From: a virus
Lineage: Duplodnaviria > Caudoviricetes
Strand: one strand, 5' to 3'
IMG/VR virus record: IMGVR_UViG_3300032218_001470
Location: 1-24,796 of that record
DNA length: 24,796 nt
Part shown: in pieces, positions 24,238-24,796 of the stretch
Layout: each line of letters starts with the position of its first letter
Position numbering within the stretch: position 1 is the first letter of the stretch
Notes under the pieces: model-generated
Told to the model about the DNA's origin: nothing
Databases searched by the model: none
Seen by the model: only the letters and a program-made list of their open reading frames with translations
Made by a program: the position numbers and the translations under genes

Positions 24238-24725
24238 AGCGCCGATTCCACCTGGCGCATAATTTGCCCGACCTCGTTTTCGACCTCCGCCTGCACCTCA
24301 GCCGCTGGCCGGTTGGCGCAGATCGGTGCCAGCCGTTTTGCCATGCCCTTCAGTAGTGGAATCAGCGCATTGTCTCGGGCGGCGAGCAGCTTATCGGCCT
24401 CATCCACGGGAACCATTTTGCCTTCAGCTTCGTTGATGTCCGGCCGGTCGCCCTTCATTTTGCGTAGCGCTTCGACGACGCGGGTATAATCGCTGATCAG
24501 AGCTGACCGCTCCGGGCCGGTGGCTTGCTTGGCGGCTTCGCCTAGGGTGGCGGCGAGTGATTCCAGCCGATCGATTTCGCCGTCCAGACCTACGCCGTCG
24601 ATCGCCTCAAGTGCTTTGGGCGGGTTTGCGGCTGCCTGCTTTTCAAGTTGGCGCCGGGCTTGGCGAAGACCGACGCCGGCAGCGGCGGCCTGTGCATGAA
24701 TTGCGGTGTTTTTAGGGCGTCCCAT
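24234..24725 (-). CDS. terS: terminase small subunit (Nu1-like)
   Basis: 163 aa helical protein with EGKMVPVDEA motif, GTGA-coupled to terL. Confidence 0.75.
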   Translation of the reverse strand: MGRPKNTAIHAQAAAAGVGLRQARRQLEKQAAANPPKALEAIDGVGLDGEIDRLESLAATLGEAAKQATGPERSALISDYTRVVEALRKMKGDRPDINEAEGKMVPVDEADKLLAARDNALIPLLKGMAKRLAPICANRPAAEVQAEVENEVGQIMRQVESAL

Positions 24726-24781
24726 AGGTCAAAGTAAGGTTTTAAAATTTCACTCAAAAAAGGGGTGGCAGATGCAAGCAC

Positions 24782-24796
24782 AGATCGGAAGAGCAC
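24782..24796 (+). other. Illumina TruSeq adapter remnant (artefact)
   Basis: AGATCGGAAGAGCAC matches the start of the TruSeq adapter read-through sequence exactly, at the contig end. Confidence 0.95.

Noticed and set aside
24590-24796. 68-aa ORF starting at the window end
   Set aside because: Its start lies in adapter sequence

Overview
This is about 25 kb of a temperate, long-tailed (siphovirus-like) dsDNA phage in its non-integrated form, since phage genes flank an intact tRNA-type attP. Almost all genes are on the - strand. From right to left: lambda-like terS/terL, gpW-like adaptor, portal with a triple C-terminal repeat, a membrane moron, protease/scaffold, major capsid, head closure, a glycosyltransferase/methyltransferase cluster, tail genes with a GGGAAAC -1 frameshift chaperone, a short tape measure, and tail-tip and AT-rich receptor-binding cassettes. 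These are followed by lysis genes (holin-like, spanin-like pair, M15 endolysin), a phosphoesterase cluster, a divergent pair of tiny ribbon-helix-helix genes, an xis-like gene, a tyrosine integrase, attP and the start of a translationally coupled early operon. Three features stand out. (1) attP lies inside the first ORF of the early operon, so integration would cut that operon off from its probable promoter. (2) The switch region has two RHH genes and no CI/Cro. (3) A TTGACA hexamer sits 13-16 nt upstream of many late start codons. The last 15 nt are Illumina adapter. All product calls come from motif recognition and synteny; no database searches were run.
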